The position numbers and the translations under genes are program-made. A stretch of 64,000 bases of DNA from a virus (Duplodnaviria > Caudoviricetes). Every line of letters starts with the position of its first letter. Position 1 is the first letter of the stretch. Location: the IMG/VR virus record IMGVR_UViG_3300028833_000073, positions 94,306-158,305 of that record; one strand, 5' to 3'. The notes beneath the pieces were generated by a model that made no database searches, was not told the origin of the DNA, and saw only the letters and a program-made list of their open reading frames with translations. This document shows, piece by piece, positions 48,386 through 58,880 of the stretch.

Positions 48386-48853
48386 ATGTATAACAACAAC
48401 GAAAGACTTCAAAATTCTACTATCACTGTTGGTATGATTGATCTTGACAAGTATCAGAAGAGGTATGAAGTTAAGGAGATTGTACGTACACTGGAGGAGG
48501 TTCCTTGGGAGCTTATCACATTCCCGCTTACCTGTCCTAGGAATTCGATTACTAATAATCCTGAGGATCGTGGTTATGTTACCATCGGTTTTGTCAGTGG
48601 TTATGATCGTGAAGCAAAAGAATTCCTGATCACTGTATTCGGTCGGTTTGTTGATCAGGTTGCTGACTTTACAGATACCGTTGTATGCCCAATGGTTATG
48701 AGGGCTACAGAGGGTAGTGGTAATGAGGGTCGTCTCATTATCAATAAGATTGTCTATGGTCCTGAGAAGGATTTTGAGTATATGACTCGTCCTCGTGAGG
48801 ATCGTCGTACAGATACTCGTCGTTTCAACAGCCGTAGGAACGATAACCGGTAA
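48386..48853 (+). CDS. Hypothetical protein with Arg-rich C-terminal tail
   Basis: AAAGGAG RBS, strong codon bias, terminator at 48861-48886. Confidence 0.8.
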   Translation: MYNNNERLQNSTITVGMIDLDKYQKRYEVKEIVRTLEEVPWELITFPLTCPRNSITNNPEDRGYVTIGFVSGYDREAKEFLITVFGRFVDQVADFTDTVVCPMVMRATEGSGNEGRLIINKIVYGPEKDFEYMTRPREDRRTDTRRFNSRRNDNR

Positions 48854-48941
48854 ATTGCTAGGGGAGACCTTAGGGTCTCTCCTTTTAAACTTAATCTTGG
48901 GCATATATTATAATAGTGGCCATATGAAAGGAGTTGTTTAA

Positions 48942-51326
48942 ATGGTAAAGAAAGAAGTAAATAAATTGGTTCTAAGAGATCCAATAGAAGTTAATATTGT
49001 GGACCAAATAAGAAAGGATATGGAAGCATATGCAGAAGAAGTAGTATCTAATCGAGCGGTTGTATCTATATATGGCTTTAAACCAGTTCATATGCTACTG
49101 CTCTATTGTGCTTATGCTACTACTGGATTGACTCAAAGGACAAAGAAATGTGCTAGGTTGATTGGTGATATGTTAGGTATTTATCATCCTCATGGTGATG
49201 TATCTACATATGATGCCATATTGACTTTAGTAAATTGGTATGATTGTTATATGCCATTGTTTAAGAAGCAGGGTAACTTTGGGAACTATCAAGGTGATGG
49301 TCCTGCTTCGTATAGGTATACAGAAACCATGTTGACACCTTTTGCAATGGATTGTGTAATTGGTGATTTGACTAAGACTGATCAGGTTGTAGACTGGATT
49401 AAGAACTATGATGAATCCGCTAAGCAGCCTGTATTCTTACCACTCAAAGTTCCTCTTCTCTTGATTAATGGTACTGATGGAATTGCAGTAGGGATGAAGG
49501 CGGATATACCTAGCCATAACATTACTGAGGTTCTTGATGCTACTATCAATCTTATTGATGATCCTAACTATCAGGTTGTATTAATACCTGATCATTGTAT
49601 GCCTTGTGAGATAGTAGATACTAACTGGAAAGCTATCTCTAATAAAGGTGATGGTAAATATATAGTGAGAGGAGTAATAGAACAAGGAACATATCAAGGA
49701 TATCCAGCTTTGTTTGTGAAGTCCCTTCCGAATAAGACTAGATGGAATCCTATTCAAAAGGCTATAGAGGAACTGAAGTTTACACAGCTTCCTCAGATTC
49801 TATCTATTCATGAAGACTGCAAACCTGATAAGATCAATTGCATAATTAAGTTTAGGAGAGGTACAGATCTTAACTATGCTCAACAGATGATCTATAAGAA
49901 GACTAATCTTCAGAAATCTTTTAGGGTTAACTTTGAGATCTATAATCCTATAACTCATAGCATTGATCAGTTCTCATATAAGTCTTATCTGCAATTCTTC
50001 ATTGAGTTCAGAAAGACTACTCTTTTTAGACTCTATACTAGTCTCTATCAGAATAAGACTACTAAGATACATGCTCTTGGGATGTATATAGATCTCTCTC
50101 ATAACCAGAACCTTCACAATATCATCCTAGACTTAGAGAAGAATAAGAATAGAGATGATAATGAGATGGTAGATTATCTGGTGAAGAAGTATAAGCTTAC
50201 AGACCTACAAGCATCCTTTGCAATCCATAATGACTTGACTAAGATTTCTCCATATCATATCAAGAAGATGGAAGCTGAATTAGCTATTCTTGTTAAAGAA
50301 TCTGATGAGTTATATCGTAAGATTGTTGATGAGAATGAATTAGTTAAGGATCTTAGAGCAGATCTTGTTAGGATTAGGGAGAAGTATAAGCAACCTAGAA
50401 GATGTAAGATAATCAAAGAGTCAGTAGTGACTGGTATTCCTGAGGGAATGTTTAAGATTATCATTACTGAGAATAACTTTATCTGTAAGATTGATGCTAA
50501 GAGAGAAAATCTTCCTAAGTTTAGGAATGATAAACCTAAGTATATCTTGAAGGCAGATAATACAGATAAGTTAGTCATCTTTGATAGTGCTGGTAAGTCA
50601 TATAAACTACCAGTAAACTCAGTCACTCTTCATGATAATCGTAGTAATGGATTGGATATAAGGATTCTCGTAAAGGATCTTACATCATCTATTGTATCTA
50701 TGATATCAGAAGAGAGATTGAAAGCATTTGCTAAGAAGATCAATCCTAACTACTTCTTAACTTGTATATCAAGAGCAGGATTGATTAAGAAGATGGATTT
50801 GAATGATATCGTAACTGCATCTGCTAAGTCATCTACTTATATGAAATTAGATGATGGAGATGTAGTACAGGATATTATGATTATCCCAGATACATCAGAC
50901 ATTATAGTCTATAGTAAGAATAAAGCTCTTAGGTTTGGTATGGATCAAGTACCACTCTTTAGGAAACAAGCTAAGGGTAATATCTCTATGAATACAGACT
51001 ATATTGATGGTGTATCTATCATCACTAGAAATACTACAGACATTGTGATCATTACTGACAAGGGATATGTTAATAGATTCAATGAACTTGGATTTACAAA
51101 GACAGATAGAGCTAAAGCAGGATCTAAGGTTATTAAGCTTCATAAGGATGACTTTATTAAATTTATCTATGGAGTCAATATCAGAGATTCTCTTAGAGTG
51201 ATATCTAACTCTATAGACAAAACCTTCCCAGTAATAGATATTCCTGAGGGTAGTAGTGTATCTCCAGGTACTAAGCTGATTCCTACTAGGGAAATTGTCT
51301 TAAGATGTAGTGTAGTAAAGAACTAA
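48942..51326 (+). CDS. gyrA: Type IIA topoisomerase subunit A (GyrA/ParC-like)
   Basis: GFKPVH, YHPHGD, QGNFG, ASYRYTE (catalytic Tyr), LLINGTDGIAVGM; C-terminal pinwheel-like repeats. Confidence 0.93.
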   Translation: MVKKEVNKLVLRDPIEVNIVDQIRKDMEAYAEEVVSNRAVVSIYGFKPVHMLLLYCAYATTGLTQRTKKCARLIGDMLGIYHPHGDVSTYDAILTLVNWYDCYMPLFKKQGNFGNYQGDGPASYRYTETMLTPFAMDCVIGDLTKTDQVVDWIKNYDESAKQPVFLPLKVPLLLINGTDGIAVGMKADIPSHNITEVLDATINLIDDPNYQVVLIPDHCMPCEIVDTNWKAISNKGDGKYIVRGVIEQGTYQGYPALFVKSLPNKTRWNPIQKAIEELKFTQLPQILSIHEDCKPDKINCIIKFRRGTDLNYAQQMIYKKTNLQKSFRVNFEIYNPITHSIDQFSYKSYLQFFIEFRKTTLFRLYTSLYQNKTTKIHALGMYIDLSHNQNLHNIILDLEKNKNRDDNEMVDYLVKKYKLTDLQASFAIHNDLTKISPYHIKKMEAELAILVKESDELYRKIVDENELVKDLRADLVRIREKYKQPRRCKIIKESVVTGIPEGMFKIIITENNFICKIDAKRENLPKFRNDKPKYILKADNTDKLVIFDSAGKSYKLPVNSVTLHDNRSNGLDIRILVKDLTSSIVSMISEERLKAFAKKINPNYFLTCISRAGLIKKMDLNDIVTASAKSSTYMKLDDGDVVQDIMIIPDTSDIIVYSKNKALRFGMDQVPLFRKQAKGNISMNTDYIDGVSIITRNTTDIVIITDKGYVNRFNELGFTKTDRAKAGSKVIKLHKDDFIKFIYGVNIRDSLRVISNSIDKTFPVIDIPEGSSVSPGTKLIPTREIVLRCSVVKN

Positions 51327-51385
51327 ACATAAGGGTAGCTTTTGCTACCCTCTTTTCTTTTTGGACTAGTAAGTAAGTAAAACCC

Positions 51386-52207
51386 GTGAAAGGGGATGTT
51401 ATAATGGCCTGGAATCCAGATAGTGATGGAATCTCCTTTAGCCAACTTGATAAAGAGTTAAGAGACATTATCAATTCTAAAGTTGGCTCTGATGATTATA
51501 GATCTTTTGCAGATTCATTTAGTAGACATCAATCTGATCATACTATTCATCTTTCAAGTACAGATAGAGAGCATTTTCAATATGCCTATGATAAGATAGT
51601 TCAAATAATAGATACTGAGATATCAGAAGCCATTACTGATATCACTAGCTTCAATGCTAGATTTTCCAATCATGTCAATGATAGTACAGTACACTTCACA
51701 GATATTGAAAGAAATAGATGGAATAATAACTTCACTACTATGGCTAATAATATTACTATTCTAAGTAATAGTATTAATAACATAGTGAGCATGTTTGATG
51801 GTTATACAGATGCTACCCAGTTTAATGAACAGGTAACATCATTAGCTAACCATCTTATAGATAGAAATGTCCATATAACTACATCAGAAAGAGCATCATG
51901 GAATGGTACTGAAGCTAGAGCTAATAACTACTCTGACAATAAACTAGCCAAACATGCCACTGATGATTCATTACATCTTAAAGCAAATGAAAGATTTAAT
52001 TGGAATCAGCACAAGGATAATAGTAAGATTCATTTAAATGACAGTTTTAGGGAACAGATTAATACCCACTTAGCTAATGCAATGGTACATGTTACATCGG
52101 CAGATAAGACTAAGTGGAATGGTATATTAAACGAATTGGCTACAATATCCTCTGATATAGCTACACTTAAAGCTCAAGTGTTAGCTTTGCAAAATAAAGT
52201 AAAATGA
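51386..52207 (+). CDS. Fibre-like virion protein with H(I/V)TxxERxxWN repeats
   Basis: Repeats in translation; late promoter GACT-agtaag-TA; start may be ATG 51404. Confidence 0.7.
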   Translation: MKGDVIMAWNPDSDGISFSQLDKELRDIINSKVGSDDYRSFADSFSRHQSDHTIHLSSTDREHFQYAYDKIVQIIDTEISEAITDITSFNARFSNHVNDSTVHFTDIERNRWNNNFTTMANNITILSNSINNIVSMFDGYTDATQFNEQVTSLANHLIDRNVHITTSERASWNGTEARANNYSDNKLAKHATDDSLHLKANERFNWNQHKDNSKIHLNDSFREQINTHLANAMVHVTSADKTKWNGILNELATISSDIATLKAQVLALQNKVK

Positions 52208-52220
52208 GGAGGTATATATA

Positions 52221-54026
52221 ATGAGACATTTTGATGAAAACTTGGATCTTATCTCATTGCGAGAAATAAATAAACCTCTAGCTGAAGAGCTAGAAAAGGT
52301 TATAGCACATATTAAGAAAGATTCATTCCATGTTACCCCAGAAGATAGAATTAGATGGGATAATAAGCTAGACTCTACTTCAGGAGATCCAGCTACACAT
52401 GAAACAAATGGATTAATGTCAGCTCAAGATAAACTTAAGCTAGATGGAATCCAGTATAATGCTAATTTCTATGAGCATCCTAAGGTAGAAGTAGAACCAG
52501 GTACATACAATACAGTTACAGTAGATAGATATGGTCATGTTATAGATGCATCTACTGTTGATGAAGTAGAGAATTCTAGAAAATTAGGTGGTAAGCTAGC
52601 AGCAGAGTATGCTCTACTTACTAGCCCAATATTTAAAGGAACTCCTACATTAGCAAATACTCCTACTAAAGATGATACTAATGCTATTGCTAATGTAAGA
52701 TTTGTTAAAGAGTATGTGAATGAGATTACTCTTAATGACTATGGATTTACTGCTGAAGATATCAATAGATGGAATAATAAGTGGGATAGTACTAATGCTC
52801 CACTAGCTACTACATCTTCAAATGGTATCATGTCTAAAGCTGATAAGAATAAGCTAGATCAGCTATATACCAATCTAAATTCTGTTAATAAAGATGATAT
52901 TGATAAGTGGAACTCATATGAATCATTTAATATTGATGATATCCCTTTGGCTACAGCAATGAATAATGGTTTAATGTCAAAGGAAGATAAGGATAAGTTA
53001 AATGGTCTTAGTAACCCTGGATATATTGTTAATCAAGATGATGTAGATAGATGGAATAATAAGTGGGATGCAACTAATGCTCCTGTTGCTACTGAAGGAC
53101 AGAATGGTATTATTACCATTGAAGATAGATTATTCCTAAACAAACTAGTTCCAGCATCTAGTATTACAGAGATTGATATTAGATCTTGGAATAATAAGCT
53201 AGATGATATAGCCAATGCTACACAAGAGACAGATGGTCTAATGTCTGCTAACGATAAGAAGAAGTTAGACCAACTATCAGAGTCTTATGTAGAAATCACA
53301 GAGGAAGATATTAATAGGTGGAATAATAAGCAAAGTGCTCTTAGTCTAGTTAGTCAAGAACATGATGGAATAATGTCATCTGTAGATAAGACTAGACTAG
53401 ATAACATGTATACTAACTATGATATTACTGTACAGAAAGTAACTAAAGCAGAACAAGATCTTAAGACTCTTAGTGAAACACTAGCTAGTAGTGAGAAGAA
53501 TGGTCTTATGTCATCTGAAGATAAGACTAATCTTGATTCACTATATAACAAGTATAGTACAGGTGTATCTGTTAGTCAAACAGATGTAAATAGATGGAAT
53601 GAAGCTGTCCCTCCTGAAACAGTTCTTAATGCTATTCTTAGAATTCAAGATCTTTCCTCTAGGGTATTCAAGGCTGAAGACTATCTAAGATGGAAAGAAT
53701 ATACTGATGAAAGTGGTACTACAATTCAGACTCCAGAAGAGTTTGAAGAAGTTCCATTGACAGCAGATGATTTTAGAAACATTGAGGAATTGCTTAATTC
53801 ATTAGAATCAAGAGTAGATACTATTGAAGAGCACATTGAGTGGGATAAAATGATTGATAATGACGGTAATCCTATTGAAGACACTACTGAACCTACAACA
53901 GATCCTACAGAACCTACTACCGACCCATCAGATAATCCAACTACTGATCCAGTAGATAACCCAGATGATGATGACGAACATAAGTCTTTATTTGATGGCG
54001 ATGACACAATAGATGATGATATTTAA
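52221..54026 (+). CDS. Fibre-like virion protein with repeated D(I)NRWNNK...AT...NG(L/I)MSxxDKxKLD units
   Basis: About 7 repeat units; acidic TTDP-repeat tail. Confidence 0.72.
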   Translation: MRHFDENLDLISLREINKPLAEELEKVIAHIKKDSFHVTPEDRIRWDNKLDSTSGDPATHETNGLMSAQDKLKLDGIQYNANFYEHPKVEVEPGTYNTVTVDRYGHVIDASTVDEVENSRKLGGKLAAEYALLTSPIFKGTPTLANTPTKDDTNAIANVRFVKEYVNEITLNDYGFTAEDINRWNNKWDSTNAPLATTSSNGIMSKADKNKLDQLYTNLNSVNKDDIDKWNSYESFNIDDIPLATAMNNGLMSKEDKDKLNGLSNPGYIVNQDDVDRWNNKWDATNAPVATEGQNGIITIEDRLFLNKLVPASSITEIDIRSWNNKLDDIANATQETDGLMSANDKKKLDQLSESYVEITEEDINRWNNKQSALSLVSQEHDGIMSSVDKTRLDNMYTNYDITVQKVTKAEQDLKTLSETLASSEKNGLMSSEDKTNLDSLYNKYSTGVSVSQTDVNRWNEAVPPETVLNAILRIQDLSSRVFKAEDYLRWKEYTDESGTTIQTPEEFEEVPLTADDFRNIEELLNSLESRVDTIEEHIEWDKMIDNDGNPIEDTTEPTTDPTEPTTDPSDNPTTDPVDNPDDDDEHKSLFDGDDTIDDDI

Positions 54027-54039
54027 GAGGTGATATACC

Positions 54040-54633
54040 ATGGCATTCGATAGGAATAACCTCCCAGGTGTATCAGGACAATCTACTAGATTAAATAATC
54101 AAGATGAATCTAGGGCTAATAGATCTGAACTAAGCTCTCATGTAGAGAATGATAGCAGACATGTATCTATTCAAGATAGAGTATATTGGAACTCATTAGA
54201 GAAGATACTGAAAGATTACGTTGATTATAGATTCAGATCAATCATTGGTATATTTGACTTCGGTGAACTAGAGATAGATAATAAGCTATCTCTTGCAGAT
54301 ATAGTTCTTAAGACCAATAAAGATAGAATCAGTGATATCAACTCTCTTAGAGCTGAATTCATATCAGCATTAGAAACTAATGTGAATAATCTTATATCAT
54401 CAGATGAAGATGAAAGAACAGCTAGAATCTCTGGTTTAGAAGAGATGAGAGAACGCATACAAGATCTCTTAGGTAAAATAGAGCAAGAGATAGAAGATAG
54501 AAAAACAGATGTTATCAATGAGGGTACTGCTAGAGCTACAGCAGATACTGAAGAGTATAATGCTCGTATTAATGCAGAGAAGGAGCTTAGAGATAGAATT
54601 GAAGCTCTTGAACATCCCAATCCTGATCTATAA
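54040..54633 (+). CDS. Coiled-coil virion-type protein
   Basis: HVSIQDRVYWN and ExxAR heptad repeats. Confidence 0.65.
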   Translation: MAFDRNNLPGVSGQSTRLNNQDESRANRSELSSHVENDSRHVSIQDRVYWNSLEKILKDYVDYRFRSIIGIFDFGELEIDNKLSLADIVLKTNKDRISDINSLRAEFISALETNVNNLISSDEDERTARISGLEEMRERIQDLLGKIEQEIEDRKTDVINEGTARATADTEEYNARINAEKELRDRIEALEHPNPDL

Positions 54634-54757
54634 TTATAGAGGTACCTATTGGTACCTCTTTTTGCTGACCAAATTTTAAAATAAAGACATATTATATATA
54701 AGATCATTAGTTATAATGATCTTAACTATGTTGTTAAGAAAGAAAGGATGTGTTATA

Positions 54758-55237
54758 ATGAAAGGTGTTGCAAATCTCGCTATATTTGTTCTTAGAAAGA
54801 ATGATATTCATAAATTTCCATTTTGCCCATATACACCAATATTTTTAGCGTATAGTAGCACTAACATTTTGATTAAATCTGTAAATGACATTATTCGCAC
54901 TTTATTAAATGGTGGATATAATGTATCACAAGGTCAAAGAATGATATATGATGGTATGATATCAAACTGTATTGAACTTACTCATCCTGGTAATAATACT
55001 AGTAGACCAGGGTTTATCTTGAGTGTGATTCCTATGGTATTAAATCCTAATACTGATCAGATAATATCTCTTAGTGATGATGGAATACCGACTATTGGTA
55101 TCCCAGATCCAGGATCTATTATGTATATGGATGATCAACATATTGAAGAAAATGATGTAGATTTGGGTCCAATGACTCCAGATAGATTAGAAAACTTAGA
55201 TAATTTATTAGGAGGGTTTTTGAATGACGAAGACTGA
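54758..55237 (+). CDS. Hypothetical early protein
   Basis: CATATTAT promoter at 54688; AGAAAGGA RBS favours ATG 54758. Confidence 0.7.
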   Translation: MKGVANLAIFVLRKNDIHKFPFCPYTPIFLAYSSTNILIKSVNDIIRTLLNGGYNVSQGQRMIYDGMISNCIELTHPGNNTSRPGFILSVIPMVLNPNTDQIISLSDDGIPTIGIPDPGSIMYMDDQHIEENDVDLGPMTPDRLENLDNLLGGFLNDED

Positions 55238-55706
55238 ACATGGAAGAATTTTCGTTGTAACGATTATGTTATTCCCCTATAGGAAAACAGATGATGATGT
55301 TGTATTGGGGTCTCCAATGAGTTCTACACCATTATTCTATGATACTTATGATGCAGCAGATCTTACATTTGATGAATTGAGAAGAGTACATGAAGCATCT
55401 GGATATAAGTCGGAAAATATCAAGAATACAATGGATAGTAAGTCAATTAGAATGATAAATTCTGATAATTCTTTGCTTCCTTGTATTGTTATCAATATGA
55501 CTAAGTATGTAACCAATCTTTCTATGGCTGAAATAGCAGGAGAGATGGAGAGGTTATATGGTGATGAAACAGCTAGGACTGAGATAAAAATTGATCCTTC
55601 AGTGAATAAAGAAGCTGAAGAGAAGATTGGGGAATACTTATCTAGGAAAGAAGCTGGATTAACCAATATCGAAGACTTTAAGCTGAAGAAGCTTAAAGAA
55701 AAATAA
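55224..55706 (+). CDS. Hypothetical protein
   Basis: AGGAGG RBS; terminator at 55715-55738. Confidence 0.7.
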   Translation: MTKTEHGRIFVVTIMLFPYRKTDDDVVLGSPMSSTPLFYDTYDAADLTFDELRRVHEASGYKSENIKNTMDSKSIRMINSDNSLLPCIVINMTKYVTNLSMAEIAGEMERLYGDETARTEIKIDPSVNKEAEEKIGEYLSRKEAGLTNIEDFKLKKLKEK

Positions 55707-55777
55707 AAGATACTGACTACCTTCGGGTAGTCTTTTTTCTTTTGCCTTGACTTCTTATTAAAGAATGAGGTGAGAAT

Positions 55778-56950
55778 ATGAGTAAGGCTACTAAAGCAAT
55801 ACTTACTATGATATATCCAAAAGTAATTAAGCAATTCAATCAAAAAGGATATAATCAATACTTATCTAAATTCATTGAAGATAGACATAATGAGTTGTAT
55901 GATATAGCTCCATGTGATCGTATCTTCTTTAGAGACTCTGACTATACTGGATACTTTGAGAAGACTAATATAAATGAGGATGATGTTAAGGCTGGTATTA
56001 AGGAAACCTTCTATTGGCCTATAAGCGCATTCAATCCTAGAGCAGCTAAAGATCCTTTAACTATAGCTCAGTTATGTTATCTAAGACATCTAATCATAAA
56101 GAATGCAAAAGAGAAAGATATAGAACTAGCTGCTATCTTCTTAGCATTCTCTGGTAAGTTCTATCCATCTATTCATTATGCATCATATCCTAGGACTCCT
56201 CCTAATCAGTATCGACATGTAATGGAGTATGTAGTTAACCATATGCTTACAGAGAAATATGAGTTAAAGAAACAAGGTACTGTCATAGGATGTATAAGAC
56301 TATCAGTATGGAATTGGATGAATGCATATAAGGGTAGATTTAAGTCATTCGGTGATGATGATGCTGTATACATGATACAGCAGCTACATAACCGAGTTAA
56401 ATCATTTATGAAAGGTATCGCGACTCTTTATTATGATGCATATCAGCACAAGGATCAATATATGGCATACAACCAAGAGTCACTAAAAGAAGATGACTAT
56501 AGGATGTCAGATAATGATTCTTTACTAGCTGAACGCATAGTACAACGGACGATGGAGAGAATCAATACTAAGGGAGTAGATTATAAAGCTTGTCTCTCTT
56601 GTAGTGATTACAATGTAAGGGTTAATGAGATTAAGAGTATAGTGGAAACGATAATCACTAACCCAGATGAACAAGTTACAATTAGGGAGTTACTAGCTAT
56701 CATAGTAACTAACTATTTCACATACGTCAATAAGGATATCAATTCGCTTGAATTCATATCTTATTCTACTACTCCAAAGTCAAATAGTAAAGATGTTAAT
56801 TACCTTAGAGGTAAAGAAATAGTAGAGACTTGGTTGAATGAGAAATCACCTGCTTATCGTAAGAGGAATAAGAGACCGGAAACTAAAGCTTCTTATGAGA
56901 GAGCTATTCATTCATACTTCTGTCTCCAAATATACTATGCAAATAAATGA
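55778..56950 (+). CDS. Hypothetical late protein
   Basis: GACT-tcttat-TA promoter, GAGGTG RBS, 390 aa. Confidence 0.8.
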   Translation: MSKATKAILTMIYPKVIKQFNQKGYNQYLSKFIEDRHNELYDIAPCDRIFFRDSDYTGYFEKTNINEDDVKAGIKETFYWPISAFNPRAAKDPLTIAQLCYLRHLIIKNAKEKDIELAAIFLAFSGKFYPSIHYASYPRTPPNQYRHVMEYVVNHMLTEKYELKKQGTVIGCIRLSVWNWMNAYKGRFKSFGDDDAVYMIQQLHNRVKSFMKGIATLYYDAYQHKDQYMAYNQESLKEDDYRMSDNDSLLAERIVQRTMERINTKGVDYKACLSCSDYNVRVNEIKSIVETIITNPDEQVTIRELLAIIVTNYFTYVNKDINSLEFISYSTTPKSNSKDVNYLRGKEIVETWLNEKSPAYRKRNKRPETKASYERAIHSYFCLQIYYANK

Positions 56951-56961
56951 GGTGATAAGTT

Positions 56962-57171
56962 ATGCCGCTATTAGCAGTTGAATTTACAGATGTAGAAAGA
57001 AAACTATATCAAGAGACTGGCTGTTCTATCTATGAGATCAAGAAAGCATTACAAAAGACTGAAGGTAATGTACAAGAAGCTATGAAAATTCTTGCTGAAA
57101 GATATCATGCAGGAGCAGCACTTAAAGCAAAACAGCCGAAGCAACCACAAAGATATAGAATAGAGGCATAA
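56962..57171 (+). CDS. Stand-alone EF-Ts N-terminal (UBA-like) domain protein
   Basis: RKLYQETGCSIYEIKKALQKTEGNVQEAMKILAERYHAGAALKA aligns with the EF-Ts N-terminus including the ..AAKKA helix. Confidence 0.72.
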   Translation: MPLLAVEFTDVERKLYQETGCSIYEIKKALQKTEGNVQEAMKILAERYHAGAALKAKQPKQPQRYRIEA

Positions 57172-57173
57172 TC

Positions 57174-57524
57174 ATGGATGAGTTTATTAGCATATCAGTC
57201 GTTACATCAATAACATATTCACTAGAAGAATTAGGTGGTGATAAGAGTATTGATAAGTATGATAGTGTTATCCCATTATATACAGAGATTCACAAAGAAG
57301 CTAGTAAAATCATCAATGCCTACAAAGTAATTAAAACATTCAGATTCGATAATGATTATGTTAAGTCATCTACTCTGTTGATAGTATCAGCTATAGTAGA
57401 TGGAATCCCTATGAATATTCATAGGGTTATCTTACATAAGTTAGTTGACAAATGTTGTAAATTCGGTAGTTGGGGTTATAGCTATATCTATGGCTCTACT
57501 AAAAAGAAATTCCTAGAAAAATGA
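57174..57524 (+). CDS. Hypothetical protein
   Basis: GAGG RBS, operonic. Confidence 0.65.
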   Translation: MDEFISISVVTSITYSLEELGGDKSIDKYDSVIPLYTEIHKEASKIINAYKVIKTFRFDNDYVKSSTLLIVSAIVDGIPMNIHRVILHKLVDKCCKFGSWGYSYIYGSTKKKFLEK

Positions 57525-57599
57525 GTAGAAGGAGCCCTTACCCATTTGGGTAAGGGCTGAAGCATTGTTGGTGGAGATGGAATGACAAAAACCATTCCT
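57525..57599 (-). ncRNA. Putative ~75-nt sRNA (hairpin-linker-terminator)
   Basis: AACA-tatatg-TA at 57610-57599; 5' hairpin GGAAUG..CAUUCC; terminator 57533-57558. Confidence 0.45.
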
Positions 57600-57665
57600 A
57601 CATATATGTTATAATTCATTATATTTTAAAAGATGCTATAACTAGGTTATAAGAGGTGATAGATA

Positions 57666-57941
57666 ATGAAATTAGAGAAATTATCAATAGAGTTAGGAGA
57701 ACCTACTCCTAGTGAAGAAGATCCTACTATCAAGATTGTAAAACAGAAGAAAGATTATATAAAGATCAAAGGAAAGATGAGTGTATGTGTAGAAACAGAT
57801 TTCTACCGAGTAGTCAAGTTTAAGGTTACAATATATGACTACTATGACAATGAATCATCAGTATCTAACTCTATTACAAACGGAAAGATCAAAGCAATTA
57901 TTAGTATGATTGCCGGTATTATGCATAACAATAAGGAGTAG
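57666..57941 (+). CDS. Hypothetical protein
   Basis: GAGGTG RBS. Confidence 0.7.
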   Translation: MKLEKLSIELGEPTPSEEDPTIKIVKQKKDYIKIKGKMSVCVETDFYRVVKFKVTIYDYYDNESSVSNSITNGKIKAIISMIAGIMHNNKE

Positions 57942-57947
57942 TTAATC

Positions 57948-58880
57948 ATGGACATTAGAAAATGGATTACTGAAGTAGAGAAGTTTTTATTAGAGCCTTA
58001 TGATAACACATTCATCAACAGAATCAAAAGAAAGATAAAGAGAAAACTCTTACTTAGTATGAATATTACTTATACTAAGAAGGATGAAAGTAGATTAATT
58101 GATTGGTTATATTATATCATCAATACATATCATTCATATAACTCTTACTTCTTACTATTCTTAACTAAGAAGTATCCTCATATGATTAGATTCAGTACAA
58201 AGACAGCTAAGATAGAGAGTGAATCACCTATACTATCATCGTCTATGAATATATTCTCTATAACTATGCAAGTACCTGGACAGAAGATGATCAATTTTCA
58301 GTGGAATAGTATAGATAAAGAAGTAGAGATTAAAGAAGATGTATACAATATGGGAGTGGTCAATAAGGATACTATTGACCAGAAAGTGAATACTCTAATT
58401 TTCCCTAGACTAGTAGTATTCTTTAAGGAACTACTCAAAGACTTCTCTTTTACTGAGAAGAATCTATCTGATATATATGTGGATGATATCAGATGTTTTT
58501 CTTTTCTTATCCAGACTACAGGAGATAGTGAGTACTGGATAAAGATGGATACACCTCTTATGAATAGTCATGTAAAACATGCAACAGAACCCAATACATA
58601 TACAGATGTGTTTAAGATAGAAGCTAATCTTCCTATTGAAATTGATGGCAATGATTATTACTTCAATGCTAAGATAGGACTAACCATCACTTATACAAAT
58701 ACTAAAGGAAACAAGGATGATTCATCTAACCCCTATGCCATAAACATCGTAAGAAAGATGGTCGATGAATATGAGACTAAACATTCTGGGTATATATATG
58801 GACTAGTTATGAATAGTGCTATAGACCTTATAAATGTGAAGAACGTAAAAAGAAAAGGGTCGGTGGTAGTACATGAGTAG
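57948..58880 (+). CDS. Hypothetical protein
   Basis: AAGGAG RBS, 310 aa. Confidence 0.75.
   Translation: MDIRKWITEVEKFLLEPYDNTFINRIKRKIKRKLLLSMNITYTKKDESRLIDWLYYIINTYHSYNSYFLLFLTKKYPHMIRFSTKTAKIESESPILSSSMNIFSITMQVPGQKMINFQWNSIDKEVEIKEDVYNMGVVNKDTIDQKVNTLIFPRLVVFFKELLKDFSFTEKNLSDIYVDDIRCFSFLIQTTGDSEYWIKMDTPLMNSHVKHATEPNTYTDVFKIEANLPIEIDGNDYYFNAKIGLTITYTNTKGNKDDSSNPYAINIVRKMVDEYETKHSGYIYGLVMNSAIDLINVKNVKRKGSVVVHE

Noticed and set aside
53881-53965. Short tandem DNA repeat (TTDP/TTEP codons)
   Set aside because: Ordinary low-complexity protein linker within 52221..54026.
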